From: Gemmatimonadales bacterium
GTDB taxonomy: Bacteria; Gemmatimonadota; Gemmatimonadetes; Gemmatimonadales; GWC2-71-9
NCBI GenBank assembly: GCA_025927545.1
Contig: JAICLE010000003.1
Coordinates: forward strand, 20,923-84,922
Reading direction: 5' to 3'
DNA length: 64,000 nucleotides
In this document: positions 61,209 through 64,000 of the stretch, in pieces
How positions within the stretch are numbered: position 1 is the stretch's first letter
Layout of the letters: each line of letters begins with the position of its first letter
The notes under the pieces: model-generated
Told to the model about the DNA's origin: nothing
Databases searched by the model: none
The model's input: only the letters and a program-made list of their open reading frames with translations
Made by a program: the position numbers and the translations under genes

Positions 61209-62465
61209 ATGTGTCTCGGTCTGTTGCTGGCGCTCGGCTGCGGTCGCGCACCGGCCGGCGGGCCCGCCGTGGTCACCTTCCCCGGCAGCGCGCTCGGCGC
61301 CGAGGGCCAGGTGCTGCGCCGTCAACTGGAGCGGTTCGCGGCGCTGCGTCCCGACATCCGCGTGGTGCAGCGGCCCACCCCCGACGCGGCCGACCAGCGT
61401 CACCAGCTCTACGTGCAGTGGCTCAACGCCGGGGCGAGCGATCCCGACATCCTCCAGCTCGACGTGGTCTGGACGCCGGAGTTTGCCGCGGCCGGCTGGA
61501 TCCTCAACCTGGACCGGTTCCACCCCGCGACCAATGCGTTCTTTCCCGCCACCGTCACGGCCAACCAGTGGCATGGCCGCCTCTACGCCGTGCCCTGGTT
61601 CGTGGACGTGGGCATGCTGTACTGGCGCACCGACCTGATGTCCGCGCCGCCCGCCACTTTCGCCGACCTCGCGCGGGAGGCGTCCCACGCCCAGGCGGAC
61701 CGCGGCCTTCGGTATGGCCTCGTGTGGCAGGGCGCGCGCTACGAGGGGCTGGTGACGGTGTTCAGCGAGTATCTCGGCGGATTCGGCGGTCGGATCCTCG
61801 ACGGCGGGACCGTCACGGTGAGCTCGCCGGCCGGTGTCCGGGCGCTCACCGCCATGCGTGACGAGATCTACCGGGACGGGATCGTGCCCCAGAGCGCGCT
61901 CACGTGGCACGAGGAGGAGTCCCGTTTCGCGTTCCAGAATGGCGAGGCGGCGTTCATGCGCAACTGGCCGTATGCGTACGCGCTCATGGAGGACACCGCG
62001 GCGTCGCGGGTGGCCGGCCGTTACGCCGTCGCCACCATGCCCGCGGCGCCCGGCGGCCGTCCCACGGCCGCGCTCGGGGGCGCGCAGCTCGCCATCAACG
62101 CGCGCAGCGACCACCCCGAGGCGGCCTGGGCAGTCGTCGAGTACCTGACCCGGCCGGAGCAGATGCTCGAGCGCGCGCGCGGGGTCGGCCAGTTTCCCAC
62201 GCGGCCCGCGCTCTACGCTGAGCCGGAGCTGGCCCGGGCGCTCGCCATTCCGCCGGCGCAGGCGCGGGCGATCATCGAGCACGCGGTGCCCCGGCCGGTG
62301 ACGCCGGTGTATACCCAGTTGTCGGAAATCCTCCAGATCGACCTGCACCGCGCGCTCACGCGCCAGCAGGAGCCGGCCGCCGCGCTGGCGCACGCCGCGC
62401 GGGAGATGCAGGCGCTGCTCGATCGGGTGGGCCTCGGGGAAGGAGGTCCGGGTGCGGGCCGGTGA
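61209..62465 (+). CDS. ABC transporter substrate-binding lipoprotein (carbohydrate, family 1)
   Basis: MCLGLLLALGCG lipobox. DILQLDVVWTPEFAAAGW and AVPWFVDVGMLYWRTDL are typical of sugar SBPs. Start uncertain: a GTG at 61200 is also possible and the track gives 61029. Confidence 0.85.
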   Translation: MCLGLLLALGCGRAPAGGPAVVTFPGSALGAEGQVLRRQLERFAALRPDIRVVQRPTPDAADQRHQLYVQWLNAGASDPDILQLDVVWTPEFAAAGWILNLDRFHPATNAFFPATVTANQWHGRLYAVPWFVDVGMLYWRTDLMSAPPATFADLAREASHAQADRGLRYGLVWQGARYEGLVTVFSEYLGGFGGRILDGGTVTVSSPAGVRALTAMRDEIYRDGIVPQSALTWHEEESRFAFQNGEAAFMRNWPYAYALMEDTAASRVAGRYAVATMPAAPGGRPTAALGGAQLAINARSDHPEAAWAVVEYLTRPEQMLERARGVGQFPTRPALYAEPELARALAIPPAQARAIIEHAVPRPVTPVYTQLSEILQIDLHRALTRQQEPAAALAHAAREMQALLDRVGLGEGGPGAGR

Positions 62466-63360
62466 GGGCGCCGAGCGGCGCGAGGCCCGTCTGGCGTGGC
62501 GACTGGTGGCGCCCGCGCTCGCCACCATCCTGCTCATCGCCCTGTTCCCGCTGCTCTGGACGGTGTGGGAGTCGGTGCACTTGCACGATCTCCGCATGCC
62601 GTGGCTCGGCCGACCGTTCATCGGCGCGGCCAACTACCTGGAGGCCTTCCGCGACGCCCGCTTCTGGGGCGCGCTCGGGCACACGCTCCTGTTCACCGTC
62701 GTCACCGTCACGCTCGAGCTCGGACTCGGCTGCGTCCTGGCCCTCGCGATGAACCGCGCGTTCCGCGGCCGGGCGGTGGTGCGCGCGGCGGTCCTCATTC
62801 CGTGGGCGATTCCCACCGTGGTCGCCGCGCTGCTCTGGCGGTTCATCTTCGAAGGGCAGACCGGCATTGCCAACACGCTGCTGGTGGACGCGGGACTCGT
62901 GCGCGACCCGCCGGTCTGGTTCATCCACTCCGGCCTCGCGTGGGTTCCGGTGGTCCTGGCCGACGTGTGGAAGACGACGCCGTTCGTCGCCCTGCTGCTG
63001 CTTGCGGGGCTGCAGAACATCGACGCTTCCCTCTACGAGGCCGCGCGGATCGACGGCGCGTCCGCCTGGCGGCAGTTTCGCTACGTGACCCTGCCGCTGC
63101 TCAAGCCCGCGATTCTCGTCGCCCTGATCTTTCGCACGCTCGACGCATTCCGCGTCTTCGACCTGATCTACGTGATGACCGGCGGCGGGCCCGGCACCTC
63201 GACGGAGCCGATCGCCCTCTACACCTTCAACTCACTACTGCAGAACCTCCGATTCGGCTACGGCAGCGCGCTTTCGGTGATCGTCTTCCTCATCACTTTC
63301 GCGCTCGCCCTGGGGTACATCCGGTTTCTGGGGGCCGGGCTCACCGAGACCCGGGCATGA
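62452..63360 (+). CDS. Carbohydrate ABC transporter permease (MalF/UgpA-like)
   Basis: Six TM segments and the EAA-type loop ASLYEAARIDGASAWRQFRYVTLPLL. GTG start preceded by GGAAGGAGG. Confidence 0.9.
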   Translation: MRAGEGAERREARLAWRLVAPALATILLIALFPLLWTVWESVHLHDLRMPWLGRPFIGAANYLEAFRDARFWGALGHTLLFTVVTVTLELGLGCVLALAMNRAFRGRAVVRAAVLIPWAIPTVVAALLWRFIFEGQTGIANTLLVDAGLVRDPPVWFIHSGLAWVPVVLADVWKTTPFVALLLLAGLQNIDASLYEAARIDGASAWRQFRYVTLPLLKPAILVALIFRTLDAFRVFDLIYVMTGGGPGTSTEPIALYTFNSLLQNLRFGYGSALSVIVFLITFALALGYIRFLGAGLTETRA

Positions 63361-64000
63361 CCCCGCGAAGCCGGTGGGGCACCGCCGCGCTGGGCCTGCT
63401 GGTGCTGGCCACCGCCTTCCCGTTCTACTGGGCCATCGTCTCCTCGTTCACGCCTGAGGCGCGCCTGTTCCAGCGGCCGTCGTTGCTGCCCACGACCCTG
63501 GTGCTGGATCACTATCGCGCCCTCTTCACCGAGCGCAACTTCTGGGTGCCGATCCGGAACTCGCTCATCGTGGCGGGCGCCACGACGGCCATCTGCGTCA
63601 GCATCGGCGGCCTCTGCGCCTACGCCCTCGCGCGCTTGCGGTTTCGCGGGAAGGCGCCGCTGCTCGGCCTGATCCTCGCCGTCAGTGTCTTTCCCCAGAT
63701 CTCCGTGGTCTCGCCGCTCTACCTGCTGCTCAGGCGCCTCCACCTCATCAACACGTATCCGGGGCTCATCCTGCCCTATCTGACCTTCGCCATGCCCCTC
63801 ACCGTCTGGCTCCTCGTCGGATTCTTCCGCCAGCTCCCGGCGGAGCTGGAGGAAGCGGCCATGGTGGATGGTGCGAGCCGCCTGCGCGCACTGTGGGAGG
63901 TGATCCTGCCGCTGGCGCTGCCGGGCCTCGCCGCCACGGCCATCCTCACCTTCGTCTACAGCTGGAACGAGTTCCTGTTCGCGCTCTCGTTCACACTCGG
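63357..64000 (+). CDS. Carbohydrate ABC transporter permease (MalG/UgpE-like), truncated by the window end
   Basis: ATGA overlap with the upstream permease. FPFYWAIVSSF N-terminus. EEAAMVDGASRLRALWEVILPLA EAA loop. The frame runs off the window. Confidence 0.88.
   Translation, partial: MTPRSRWGTAALGLLVLATAFPFYWAIVSSFTPEARLFQRPSLLPTTLVLDHYRALFTERNFWVPIRNSLIVAGATTAICVSIGGLCAYALARLRFRGKAPLLGLILAVSVFPQISVVSPLYLLLRRLHLINTYPGLILPYLTFAMPLTVWLLVGFFRQLPAELEEAAMVDGASRLRALWEVILPLALPGLAATAILTFVYSWNEFLFALSFTL

Noticed and set aside
60932-61276. 114-aa minus-strand ORF and other short track ORFs inside the TBDR/ABC intergenic region
   Set aside because: The translations are Arg/Pro/Gly-rich, lack an RBS, and overlap the likely promoters of both operons.

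Overview
High-GC (roughly 70%) chromosomal window with about 47 protein-coding genes. I saw no rRNA, tRNA, CRISPR array, transposase or integrase. The proteome is rich in lipoproteins and secreted proteins, including Ig-like 'DxDGY' modules and 'WGSSxxDVFAVG' beta-propellers, which suggests a Gemmatimonadota-like organism (inference only).

Main blocks:
1. 196-8774: secreted/lipoprotein genes, then three tandem cupredoxin genes with a divergent MarR regulator.
2. 8802-14990: inositol-monophosphatase/ADP-ribosylglycohydrolase fusion co-oriented with oligopeptidase B, plus a bifunctional aldolase/SDR.
3. 15135-25088: same-strand DNA-end-processing cluster rmuC-smr-AddB-like-AddA-like, followed by a translationally coupled PafB/PafC-like WYL regulator pair. 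This is my best candidate for an undescribed circuit.
4. 26048-31082: copper-themed genes (GlxA-like radical copper oxidase, LVIVD protein, DUF305).
5. 31262-36083: secreted protein / phosphodiester glycosidase / DPP-IV / FMN reductase operon.
6. 37023-39744: ECF sigma operon with two AMPK-CBM/E-set domain proteins.
7. 39754-48777: aldo-keto reductase, HEAT-cyclophilin fusion, alpha/beta hydrolase, large metzincin lipoprotein, TPR lipoprotein.
8. 48780-50240: lower-GC stretch with two orphan small ORFs and structured leaders.
9. 50240-64000: di-haem peroxidase-like gene, a five-gene TonB-receptor/GH65/(alpha/alpha)6-hydrolase-like/SSS transporter operon, and a divergent sugar ABC transporter.

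Family calls rest on motifs I can read in the translations. No database search was run. Start codons are often uncertain, and many long antisense ORFs in the track are GC-driven artefacts.
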